Of a stretch of 64,000 nucleotides of DNA, positions 26,091 through 33,763 are shown one piece after another. Origin of the DNA: a virus. A program made the position numbers and the translations under genes. The notes under the pieces are model-generated. The model saw only the letters and a list, made by a program, of their open reading frames with translations. It was not told the origin of the DNA and searched no databases. The stretch spans positions 55,290 through 119,289 of IMG/VR virus record IMGVR_UViG_3300046457_000175; one strand, written 5' to 3'. The first letter of the stretch is position 1; every line of letters starts with the position of its first letter.

Positions 26091-26885
26091 TTACGCCGCC
26101 TCCGCCATTTCCTCCAGTTCCGCCGGGATCAGGGTGGCAGCTTCCGCCGTGGTTTCGCCGAATGCTTCATCGACGTCCGCCGCGACGCTTGCCCGCTCGA
26201 GTCGCACGCCTTCCAGCTTGGCGATCAAGAGAGTGAGTTCCGCATCGGTCAAGTCCATGGCCTTTTTGACCATGCCGTCAACCACGTCCGCCTTTTCCTT
26301 TTCGGTCGCGGGCTTGGAAAGCCGCTGTGTCAGCTTGGCGAACGAGTCGCCATAGGTGGCCTTCACAAATTCGCGGAAGTGTTCCGCTTGTGCCTGCCCG
26401 TCCGCGCCGCTGGCCTTCAATGCCAGAATGTCGCGGATTGCACCGGCATGATTGGTGCAGACGTCCGACATGAGGCGGAAGGACCATGTCCGGAGCTTGG
26501 CCAGCCCGTCGACGAGTCGCGCCTTGTCGGGCTTGGCAAAGTCCGCGTTGGCAGTTTTGCCGCCGTCGACATAGTCCGAAATGGCCTTTTCGCGGTCCTT
26601 GCCCTTTTGCGCCATGCAGCGTCCAAGGATATCATCCGAGTCGCGCCACACAGTGTTGCCCTTGACGGCATACTTTTTCAGGAAGTGGCGGAAGGTGGCC
26701 TTATTCGCCTTTTCCGTAATTTCCTTGTCGGTTTCGGCGCGCTCGACTTGGCGGTTTGCCATGACGAGTCCAAGGGCAACGGTCGCGGTGAAAGCCGCGC
26801 TATCGTCCTCTTTAACCGCCTTGATCGCGGCGGAAAGGGCAATTTCGCCCAGTGTCTTTGCCGTGGTTGCAGTTGCGGTAGTCAT
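26091..26885 (-). CDS. Ala/Lys-rich hypothetical protein (264 aa), first gene of the leftward arm
   Basis: AAGGA RBS; many GAA/AAA/GCA codons unlike neighbours. Confidence 0.8.
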   Translation of the reverse strand: MTTATATTAKTLGEIALSAAIKAVKEDDSAAFTATVALGLVMANRQVERAETDKEITEKANKATFRHFLKKYAVKGNTVWRDSDDILGRCMAQKGKDREKAISDYVDGGKTANADFAKPDKARLVDGLAKLRTWSFRLMSDVCTNHAGAIRDILALKASGADGQAQAEHFREFVKATYGDSFAKLTQRLSKPATEKEKADVVDGMVKKAMDLTDAELTLLIAKLEGVRLERASVAADVDEAFGETTAEAATLIPAELEEMAEAA

Positions 26886-26917
26886 TTGGTCGGTTCCTTT
26901 TCAGTTTTCCGGAGGCC

Positions 26918-27032
26918 CGGAGGTTTTTGGAGATTTGAACACGGCTCTCCCGTGCTCTGGGAACACTTGGTTCCAGAGACTTCACGAGTCAGAAGACTCG
27001 CGCGTGAGAAGAGAGCAGTTCCAAAACCTCCG
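26918..27032 (-). ncRNA. Candidate structured leader RNA (nested stems, multibranch junction)
   Basis: P1 26918-31/27020-32, P2 26944-51/27009-16, hairpins 26955-78 and 26982-27007. Confidence 0.5.
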
Positions 27033-27101
27033 TTTGCATTTCCAGTACCCACAACATACTCAATACAAACATCGTTGGGTGAGAAATAAATTCATCAATG
27101 A

Positions 27102-27190
27102 TTTCAATAACTTACATACATCGAAAATCCGAAATCAAAATCGAGGCCTTGGAAATCGAGCACGAAAAACGCTGTGTTTTCAATGGCTTA
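27102..27190. promoter_or_regulatory. Two IHF-like sites (TTTCAATAACTTA, TTTCAATGGCTTA)
   Basis: One mismatch each to WATCAANNNNTTR, in an AT-rich non-coding stretch. Confidence 0.4.
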
Positions 27191-27778
27191 GCAGGAATGC
27201 AAACGAGTCTGTCTTCGGCCTTCCCGAAATGATGCAGGAAAATCCGAAGTCTCCTAGCGAATCACCTTGTCAAGCCCTTGTTTCACTCTCTGTTCTCATC
27301 CTTTAGTCTAAGACAATCATTCATCAAGCGGAGAATTTTCTTCCTTTGTTTCCAAAAAAAGAGAATAATTTTTTATTGCATAGGCCCCCCATGTCGGCTG
27401 ACCCCTCAAAACTTCGAACCGCTAAAAGGGCCTTTTCCCAACGAGGGCAGGGACATGGGGCGAAACCCCTCGGCATCAGGGAGGCACAGGGGCTGTGTGC
27501 GTTAAAACGGGCGGCCCGTGCATCGGGAGCCTGGACTGGCAGGCCGCTCCTGGGGCTTCCCTGGCCGTTTGCATCGGGGAGGGCTGTCCGCAAAACGTAT
27601 ACAAACTCGGGACAGGCCTGGCGTAAGAGATCCGGCGCAGATTTCTTACAGGGGGTGGCCTCGGAAATCGGGCGGCCCTGTTTTGGGGCCCCACCTGCGC
27701 GCCGCATAATGCAAAAGGGTAATTGCAGCGAGCGCTCCGCGCTGGTAGTGCAAACGCCAACCGTGCCGGGAGGGACAA

Positions 27779-28003
27779 TTGGACAAACGCTACATCGTGC
27801 TGGCCGCCGTGCTGGCGGCATTCGGGGCCACCTATCTGCTCTTCACGACGATGAACCCGCCCGACCTCGCCACACGAGCTGAGCAGGCCTGCCGCAAGGA
27901 GTACGGCAACAGCCCAGGCGTTGGATCATGCACGGTCGACCTCATCATGCGCGGGTCGAACGATCGAGAGCGGACCAACAACGCCTATCGGAACATGCGC
28001 TGA
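27779..28003 (+). CDS. Membrane-anchored small protein
   Basis: GGGAGG RBS, TTG start, N-terminal TM helix, two Cys. Confidence 0.7.
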   Translation: MDKRYIVLAAVLAAFGATYLLFTTMNPPDLATRAEQACRKEYGNSPGVGSCTVDLIMRGSNDRERTNNAYRNMR

Positions 28004-28166
28004 CGGCGCCCGTGGGTAGCGAGGGCTCCGCCCTGATCTACAGACAGACCATGTGGCCCCTGGCGGCCCGCCCATGGATCAACCGGTCGCATACGACCAC
28101 TTCAACGGAGCAGCAGGTCACATATGACCAGATGCCCGGGTCAGATGCAGGCGTGGGTAGCGAGCG

Positions 28167-28418
28167 CTACGCGCTGACCGGCACGACTATCCGGATCGGC
28201 ATCGTCGCCGCGGCGATCGTCGCGAGCTGGCGGATGATGTGGCGGACCTCGTCGTGCATCGGGCGGACCGCCACGTTGAAGTCGCGCCAGATCCGGGCCG
28301 CCTCGTCCTGGTCACGGGACCGGTCCATGGCTCGGCGCATCTTGATCTCCTCGGCCGCGATCCGGGTGCGGAGGAGGTGGAGCAGCTCACGAGCTGCCGG
28401 TGGGGTCTCGAAAGTCAT
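28167..28418 (-). CDS. Hypothetical protein (83 aa)
   Basis: MTFETPPAA start. Confidence 0.6.
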   Translation of the reverse strand: MTFETPPAARELLHLLRTRIAAEEIKMRRAMDRSRDQDEAARIWRDFNVAVRPMHDEVRHIIRQLATIAAATMPIRIVVPVSA

Positions 28419-28443
28419 GGCCGGCGAGCGCTCCGCGCTAGAC

Positions 28444-28746
28444 TCATAGATTGCCACCGCAGTGTCGGCACTGGCGGTGCTCGACCGGCATGAAGGCGTC
28501 CTTGATCGGATGATCCGGGTCCTCGTACAGACCGCCGCTGACGACGCTGATGTTGGTGTCGACGTCTGGGTGCCGCCAGTCCTTGCGGGCCGTGTGCGCG
28601 TAGCGGGCGCCCGGGAAGATGGGCTCTCCCTTCGGGGCCGGCTGCTCCGCGGTGCAGACCGGCTTCTTCGCTTCGATGTCGCGGAGGATCTGCTCGGCCG
28701 TGCTGCCGGCGACGCCTCTGTTGCATAGCAGGACGTGTCGCTTCAT
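28444..28746 (-). CDS. Cys-containing hypothetical protein
   Basis: CRHC at C-terminus; GAAGG RBS. Confidence 0.6.
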   Translation of the reverse strand: MKRHVLLCNRGVAGSTAEQILRDIEAKKPVCTAEQPAPKGEPIFPGARYAHTARKDWRHPDVDTNISVVSGGLYEDPDHPIKDAFMPVEHRQCRHCGGNL

Positions 28747-28991
28747 TGGCCTTCTCCTCGGCTCGGGCGGCGCAGGCGGCCGGGCTCGTTGAGCCGCAGC
28801 TTCAGCACCAGCTCGCGCACGCGGTCTTCCTTCGCCACCCGTTCCTTGGCCGCCTGATGGCGCTCAGCCTGGCGCTCGCGGATCTTCCGCAGGGTTTCCT
28901 GCAGCTGGGCCGCCTCGGCCTCACTGACCTGGCGCGGGCCGCGGCTTTCCCACAGTGGTCCCTCGAAGGGGATATAGTCGTCATCGTCCAT
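28743..28991 (-). CDS. Hypothetical protein (82 aa)
   Basis: MDDDDYIPF start. Confidence 0.6.
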   Translation of the reverse strand: MDDDDYIPFEGPLWESRGPRQVSEAEAAQLQETLRKIRERQAERHQAAKERVAKEDRVRELVLKLRLNEPGRLRRPSRGEGQ

Positions 28992-29010
28992 GGGTAGCGA
29001 GCGCTCCGCG

Positions 29011-29112
29011 CTAGAGAAGAACACACAGGACCGCGGCCACGATCCAGATCAAGCCGATCGGGTACACTGTCACCCGGATGGTGCGCGGGCCTACGCGCTT
29101 GACACTGATCAC
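29011..29112 (-). CDS. Membrane microprotein (33 aa)
   Basis: GTGA overlap; hydrophobic C-terminus. Confidence 0.5.
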   Translation of the reverse strand: MISVKRVGPRTIRVTVYPIGLIWIVAAVLCVLL

Positions 29113-29381
29113 AGCCGCACCACGATCAGGTCGTCGACCGAGAAGCCGTCCGTCCAGCCGTGCCGATTGACGATCTCGTCGTCGCTGGCGATGCCGACGT
29201 TGATCTCGTGGCCGCTGCCGTCCTGGTATTCCCAGACCATGGACACGACGACGTACTCGGCGGGCCACTCCGCGGCATACTGGGCGGCCGGCGACACGGT
29301 CACGCGGCTGCCGACACGGATCGGGGCGACCTCGATCATCTGGCGCATCAGGATTTCGTGGCGGGGCAGGGCGGCGTTCAT
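29109..29381 (-). CDS. Hypothetical protein
   Basis: ORF track, coupled. Confidence 0.65.
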   Translation of the reverse strand: MNAALPRHEILMRQMIEVAPIRVGSRVTVSPAAQYAAEWPAEYVVVSMVWEYQDGSGHEINVGIASDDEIVNRHGWTDGFSVDDLIVVRL

Positions 29382-29385
29382 CAGG

Positions 29386-29511
29386 TCACTCTCCGGAGAA
29401 ATACCAGTCGGCCGCCTTGCGGAGGAGGCCAGTGTTGTTGGCGATGACGAGGCTGCCGATCAGCGCCAGCGCCACGACGATGCCGGTGAAGGCAGCGGTC
29501 CTGATCGCCAT
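29386..29511 (-). CDS. Membrane microprotein (41 aa)
   Basis: MAIRTAAFTGIVVALALIGSLVIA. Confidence 0.6.
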   Translation of the reverse strand: MAIRTAAFTGIVVALALIGSLVIANNTGLLRKAADWYFSGE

Positions 29512-29831
29512 CACGGCAGCTCCGTGGGCCGCTTGGTCAGCAGGCCTTGTCGGATCCGCCACCACAGGCCGGCCCCGCTCTCGCATTCCGAGACTGGCGG
29601 CACTGCATCGAGGCCGTGCTTGCGCTGAAGCAGCTTGCCGGTGTCGTGATCGCCGTCCCGCCAGGTGGCTCCCTGGCTCAGCCGGTGAAGCACGAAGGGC
29701 CGCGCCAGCTCGGGAGCATCCCTGAGGGCCGCCATGAGTCCGAACTGGAACTCGAGAGCGTCGACCAGCTCGCGGCGCAGCTCCGCGATCGAGAGCCGGT
29801 TGATGTAGGACTCGTCGACGAGGTCGCTCAC
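29511..29831 (-). CDS. Hypothetical protein
   Basis: GGGAG RBS. Confidence 0.6.
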   Translation of the reverse strand: MSDLVDESYINRLSIAELRRELVDALEFQFGLMAALRDAPELARPFVLHRLSQGATWRDGDHDTGKLLQRKHGLDAVPPVSECESGAGLWWRIRQGLLTKRPTELP

Positions 29832-30178
29832 ATGTGGTCTCCCAGGTTACGCTTGAACTCGCGCAGGAAGGCGTTCGCCTCGTTGAGATCGGCCGGCAGG
29901 TCGGTCGCCCACGACACCGAGACTCGAGCGATCGGCGTCGGGATCATGCGGAAGAGCCAGAGGAACTGGCGGCGGCTCTGGAACGGACGGAAGGTCCGGC
30001 CACGGATCTTGCGCTGCTCACCGGGGAGGGGATGTCGCCACTGGCGGCTGCTGAGTTGGGCGCCGAAGCCACCGATCCAGGTGTAGAGCCGGCCGCTCAG
30101 CCAGTAGAACCGGTCGTCGAAGTAGGGCGACGCGAGTCCGTGGCCGTTGCCGAAGATCAGATGGTCGAGGAAAAGCAT
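29828..30178 (-). CDS. Trp/Arg-rich hypothetical protein
   Basis: ORF track, coupled. Confidence 0.55.
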   Translation of the reverse strand: MLFLDHLIFGNGHGLASPYFDDRFYWLSGRLYTWIGGFGAQLSSRQWRHPLPGEQRKIRGRTFRPFQSRRQFLWLFRMIPTPIARVSVSWATDLPADLNEANAFLREFKRNLGDHM

Positions 30179-30271
30179 CCGGCTTGACTAGCACGAATGC
30201 AAATGCGATGCAAATATTCGCGGGGCCGGCGGGCGCTTCGCGCCAGAGTCATAACCAAACCGCCCGCGGCG

Positions 30272-30544
30272 TCACCCGTCGCGGAGGTTCATCGCTTTGT
30301 AGGCCTTGAGCAGCTGGTCCGGAGGCGTCCTGGCTTTCAGGGCTTCCCAGGCCGTCTTGAAGTCGACCTTCGCCTGGTCGAGGCTGCCGGCCGTGCCGAT
30401 GGGGAGACCTCCGGTGAGGTGGACGATGACGTTCCAGATCCAGATCCCGGGCGTGCGCTCGCTAGCGTATCTGATCCGGCCGACCATCTGCTTGTCGTCG
30501 AGCACGGAATAGTCGCGGCGTCCGATCGGTCGCAGGCTGAGCAC
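30272..30544 (-). CDS. Hypothetical protein of a type common in Bradyrhizobium genomes
   Basis: DY.VLDD...GRI...W.W...G.A.SLDQAK..FK.AW pattern recalled from Bradyrhizobium proteins. Confidence 0.65.
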   Translation of the reverse strand: MLSLRPIGRRDYSVLDDKQMVGRIRYASERTPGIWIWNVIVHLTGGLPIGTAGSLDQAKVDFKTAWEALKARTPPDQLLKAYKAMNLRDG

Positions 30545-30564
30545 GAAATCGGCCTCGTGAGGGG

Positions 30565-30651
30565 GGTGTCAACCAGGATGACAGGGGGGGTGTAATCCTG
30601 GTTGACAGGGGTGTCATCCGAGTTGACAGGGGTGTCATCCGAGTTGACACC
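30565..30651. repeat. Four tandem ~21-24 bp palindromic units TGT(C/A)A-N7-TGACA
   Basis: Two perfect 21-mers GTTGACAGGGGTGTCATCCGA at 30601-21 and 30622-42 plus degenerate flanks. Confidence 0.9.
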
Positions 30652-30687
30652 TTAAACCACCACTATAACCACCACTTGAACCACCAA
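30652..30687. repeat. Three tandem 12-mers T(W)NAACCACCA(C/A)
   Basis: TTAAACCACCAC, TATAACCACCAC, TTGAACCACCAA. Confidence 0.85.
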
Positions 30688-30856
30688 CTCTTAGACTCTC
30701 GTCCCTTTTCGGGCCGAGGCGCTGGCTTTTGGCTTCGGCCGCAGGTTCCGGTCAGGAACTCCAGCCGGCAAGTTTCCACAGTTCGGGCGGAAAAGGTGCC
30801 CAGGTGTTGAAACCGGGAACCCATTTGCATTTTTGCAGGGAACAACCAGAGAGGGG

Positions 30857-30885
30857 TTGACAGAACGGGGGTACCTACTGTAGGA
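30857..30885 (+). promoter_or_regulatory. Sigma70-like rightward promoter (TTGACA-N17-GTAGGA)
   Basis: Shares AGAGAGGGGTTGACAGAA.GGGGGTACCT with the promoter at 49941. Confidence 0.6.
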
Positions 30886-31053
30886 CTTGCTGTAGCGTTA
30901 GCATTCGTGCAAACGTAACCAAGCCCCCAGGATGCGGCCCGGACAATCAGCCGGGACATTGGGCGGTGCCCGGACCCACTAACCCCATGCTGCGACCCCC
31001 GCCTCAGGCGGCGGCGCCCGGCCAGGCGATAGGAGTTCGGCGTGTCCAGGGGC

Positions 31054-31068
31054 TTGCTTGAATGCAAA
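31054..31068 (+). promoter_or_regulatory. Operator-like motif TTGCTTGAATGCAAA
   Basis: Exact copy, directly before a GGAGG RBS. Confidence 0.7.
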
Positions 31069-31081
31069 CGGAGGAACGCGC

Positions 31082-31207
31082 GTGAGCCATGAGCTGATCC
31101 AGTATCTCGCCTATGTGGCCGCGATCGTCCTGACCCCTGCAGTCGGCTTTGCCGTCCTCGGCCTGTTCTGGTGCGTCCGATCCCTGAAGGAGATCGTCTG
31201 GCCATGA
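31082..31207 (+). CDS. Membrane microprotein (41 aa)
   Basis: Own translation MSHELIQYLAYVAAIVLTPAVGFAVLGLFWCVRSLKEIVWP; GGAGG RBS. Confidence 0.65.
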   Translation: MSHELIQYLAYVAAIVLTPAVGFAVLGLFWCVRSLKEIVWP

Positions 31208-31338
31208 CTGCTGACATCGAATTTCTCGCCGTGCTCAGCAGAGCCATCCTCGCATTGATGATCCTGAGCGGCGGCGCCATCGCAACGATCCTGGTCGTGA
31301 TCCTCATCCTGAAGCTCTTTGGGTGCCTCGATGACTGA
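31204..31338 (+). CDS. Membrane microprotein (44 aa)
   Basis: ATGA overlap; MTADIEFLAVLSRAILALMILSGGAIATILVVILILKLFGCLDD. Confidence 0.65.
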   Translation: MTADIEFLAVLSRAILALMILSGGAIATILVVILILKLFGCLDD

Positions 31339-31615
31339 CCGCGCAGACGAAATCATCGCTGCCGCCGAGCAGGCGCTGCGTGAGCGACGCGGGCGCTCCG
31401 CGCCAGAGACAAACCAAACAGCTCCCGACTGGGGCCCGCTGTACCGCTACCTGCAAGGTGTGGTGCTCGGCTGCGTCGCCGGCCTGATCATCGGCTACAT
31501 CTGCGGCGCCTTCATCGGACCGGGTCGTGACACCTGCAAGGTGCGCGCCTCCACGGCTCGCATGGCGGTCTGTCTCGATGACTCGATCGCAAAAGCCAAG
31601 GGGCTGATGCGGTGA
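31331..31615 (+). CDS. Single-TM protein (94 aa)
   Basis: MTDRADE start; TM VVLGCVAGLIIGYICGAFIG. Confidence 0.7.
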   Translation: MTDRADEIIAAAEQALRERRGRSAPETNQTAPDWGPLYRYLQGVVLGCVAGLIIGYICGAFIGPGRDTCKVRASTARMAVCLDDSIAKAKGLMR

Positions 31616-31950
31616 GCGAGAACCCTGGGAAGTGGCGAGACATCGAACAGCACGCTGACAGCATGACGCTCTTCGGCCGCGACTTCACGCTGCTGGTCGA
31701 CGGCAAGCCGCTCGACAGCATCCCGACGAAGCTCTTCGTCAACGAGATCGACGTCGTGACCGGCGCGATCACTGAGGTCACCTACACGACCCAGCTCGCG
31801 ATCGACGAGCCGATCGAGCCGCTCAGCGAGACAGAGCAGAAGCTCTGCGATTGGTGGGCCAAGCGGATCGAGGAAGATCTGCTCCGCCAGCTCTGCGGCG
31901 CGTCCAGTGAATACGAACAAAGCCTGCGTGCGGCAGGCGCCAAAGTTTAA
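31612..31950 (+). CDS. Hypothetical protein
   Basis: GTGA overlap. Confidence 0.65.
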   Translation: MSENPGKWRDIEQHADSMTLFGRDFTLLVDGKPLDSIPTKLFVNEIDVVTGAITEVTYTTQLAIDEPIEPLSETEQKLCDWWAKRIEEDLLRQLCGASSEYEQSLRAAGAKV

Positions 31951-32002
31951 CCAGAGCCCGTGGTCTGCCCCAGGCAGCACGGCTCACCCTTTCGAGGCCG
32001 GA

Positions 32003-32314
32003 ATGTCCAAGATCGTGCCCGACCAGCTCGTTGACCTCGCGCTCGAACATCTCGACGACGAAGTCAAGCGCTGGCGGCGCGTGCCTTGGGCTCCGGGATA
32101 CATCCGCCTGATGCGGTGCCCCGACATGCCGGGCCCGGCAGAGATCACCGCTCAAGCGATGGAACAGGAGATCGTCTGCCACGACGTGCCGGCCGCTCTC
32201 GCCGACGACATGATCGTCCGCTTCGCGATGGAGAAGGCCATTGAGGCCGTCATCGGTGCCATCTCGCTCGCAGTGCCGGCGCCGAAGCCGCGCAAGCGAA
32301 AGGCCAAGTCGTGA
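32003..32314 (+). CDS. Hypothetical protein (103 aa)
   Basis: MSKIVPDQ start. Confidence 0.6.
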   Translation: MSKIVPDQLVDLALEHLDDEVKRWRRVPWAPGYIRLMRCPDMPGPAEITAQAMEQEIVCHDVPAALADDMIVRFAMEKAIEAVIGAISLAVPAPKPRKRKAKS

Positions 32315-32556
32315 TCGAGTTCATCGGGCTCGCCTGCTTCTCGCTCGGCGTCGCCACGCTCTACGCCACATGGCGGCTGTGGCTCGACGAGCCTCGCCAG
32401 ATCCGTTTCACGGACAAGCTGGCAGAGGCTCTGGAAATGCCACGCTACGTCCAGCGGGCGCAGATGTACTGCCGGCTCTACGGCTATCCCGAGAGCGAGT
32501 GGGAACGGTTTCAACACCGCGCCATCGCCGACATCATCATGGAGGCGTACCGCTAA
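32311..32556 (+). CDS. Membrane-anchored hypothetical protein
   Basis: N-terminal TM helix. Confidence 0.65.
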   Translation: MIEFIGLACFSLGVATLYATWRLWLDEPRQIRFTDKLAEALEMPRYVQRAQMYCRLYGYPESEWERFQHRAIADIIMEAYR

Positions 32557-32750
32557 TGGAGCAGCTCTTCAGCGCGGCCCACGCCGCATCGCGGATGTAC
32601 GCCAGTAGCTGGCGCCGTGGAAACATCGTCCGCGCCCAGAACCAGCTTCGCAAGAACCTGCAGAGCAAGCGCCTCGTGGACTTCTACCTCGACGAAATCG
32701 AGCGCGAAGTCGACTTCATCATCTTCGAGAAAGACTTCGATGCCGCCTGA
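32556..32750 (+). CDS. Hypothetical protein (64 aa)
   Basis: TAATG overlap, GGAGG RBS. Confidence 0.6.
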   Translation: MEQLFSAAHAASRMYASSWRRGNIVRAQNQLRKNLQSKRLVDFYLDEIEREVDFIIFEKDFDAA

Positions 32751-32820
32751 GATCGCCCAAATCCTGATCAGTATCGCGATCTCGATCGCTTTCATGGTCA
32801 TCGTTGCCGGGGAGGCCTGA
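32740..32820 (+). CDS. Membrane microprotein (26 aa)
   Basis: MPPEIAQILISIAISIAFMVIVAGEA. Confidence 0.45.
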   Translation: MPPEIAQILISIAISIAFMVIVAGEA

Positions 32821-32823
32821 GAC

Positions 32824-33003
32824 ATGCCCAAGAAAATTGCTGAGAAGTCCGCCGCCATCATTACGATCAAGGATGCGCCGGAGATGACCAAGCGCGGCCG
32901 GCGCCAGATCGCCGAGTGGATGCGCAAGCAGGCGGACTTCCTGGAGTTCGAGGGTAAGGCGCTCTCGAAGCGCTTCACCGCCCGGTACCTGTACCGCGAC
33001 TGA
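32824..33003 (+). CDS. Basic hypothetical protein (59 aa)
   Basis: Own translation MPKKIAEKSAAIITIKDAPEMTKRGRRQIAEW; GGGAGG RBS. Confidence 0.7.
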   Translation: MPKKIAEKSAAIITIKDAPEMTKRGRRQIAEWMRKQADFLEFEGKALSKRFTARYLYRD

Positions 33004-33257
33004 TGGTTACTGACCCGATCTCAACCAGCCCGAAGGCCATGATCGCCTTCGAGCTGATGAAAATTCTGGACCCGCTCGTCGGTGTTGCTGAGGCCGCATT
33101 CTTCATGCAGCGCAGCAACGACCTCCTCGGCGGCACGACCCCTGTCACGGCAATCAAGGATGGCCGGATCGACGAGGTGCGCCGTGCCGTCCAGGCGGTC
33201 GCGATGGAGAAGGGCGTTTTCGGCGAGCCATGGCTGCCGCCGAAGACCCGACGCTGA
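33003..33257 (+). CDS. Xre/MbcA/ParS antitoxin C-terminal (DUF2384)-like protein
   Basis: EAAFFMQRSNDLLGGTTPVTAIKDGRIDEVRRAV matches A..W/F...N..LGG..P+..+..G...V. Confidence 0.6.
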   Translation: MVTDPISTSPKAMIAFELMKILDPLVGVAEAAFFMQRSNDLLGGTTPVTAIKDGRIDEVRRAVQAVAMEKGVFGEPWLPPKTRR

Positions 33258-33261
33258 AATT

Positions 33262-33337
33262 GCTGGGGTAGCTCAGATGGTAGAGCGCCGGATTTCCAAT
33301 CCGTTGGTCGTGGGTTCGAACCCCACCCCTCGCTCCA
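33262..33337 (+). tRNA. tRNA-Gly(TCC)
   Basis: 76-nt cloverleaf, loop TTTCCAA, U73, encoded CCA; mismatches at 3:70 and 27:43. Confidence 0.88.
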
Positions 33338-33349
33338 AAGGAACCGAAC

Positions 33350-33631
33350 ATGGGTGAATACGACTACGTCCGCCTTGAGCGGGCAAAGCCGAACGTCATC
33401 GTCGCCTACAGCCGCGACGTCGCGATCCAGTACCGCGAGGCGTTCAACCTCGACGCCAGCCAGTGGGCCTGTCTTGGATATGGCGAGCGTCTTCCAGGCA
33501 AGTGGTGGCAGCGCATCGTGATGATGCGACCGCACTGGGCGCAGTCTGTGTCTGAAGCAATCGACTTCGAGATGCGTGTGGATGACTGGCGATGCGCCAC
33601 GGTCACCGACAGCGTCTTCAAGCTCATCTGA
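33350..33631 (+). CDS. Hypothetical protein
   Basis: AAGGA RBS. Confidence 0.65.
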   Translation: MGEYDYVRLERAKPNVIVAYSRDVAIQYREAFNLDASQWACLGYGERLPGKWWQRIVMMRPHWAQSVSEAIDFEMRVDDWRCATVTDSVFKLI

Positions 33632-33753
33632 TGCTGCGCCTGGCCTGCATCTACATCACGGTCGCACTCGCAGCTGCGACCATCTTCTTCGTCGTCGCCA
33701 CCGCTTGGTGGGAACTGACCACATCGCCTCACGGCCTGCCGCCGGGTTGGTAA
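33631..33753 (+). CDS. Membrane microprotein (40 aa)
   Basis: TGATG overlap; MLRLACIYITVALAAATIFFVVATAWW. Confidence 0.6.
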   Translation: MLRLACIYITVALAAATIFFVVATAWWELTTSPHGLPPGW

Positions 33754-33763
33754 AGGACATCCA

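Larger units (their letters stand above)
27727..29012. repeat. Five dispersed copies of (GGGT)AGCG-AGCGC-TNC-GCGCT hairpin repeat
   Basis: Copies at 27727-43, 28018-34, 28159-75, 28423-39, 28996-29012. Confidence 0.85.

Noticed and set aside
25950-27770. Restriction or methylation site avoidance in the putative first-injected region
   Set aside because: GATC and GANTC sites are present (for example near 26127, 26178, 26223)
29083-29099. Sixth copy of the hairpin repeat (GCGCGGGCCTACGCGCT)
   Set aside because: Diverged, inside a coding frame, and the loop differs
30565-30687. Possible CRISPR mini-array
   Set aside because: Repeats are contiguous with no unique spacers; no cas genes
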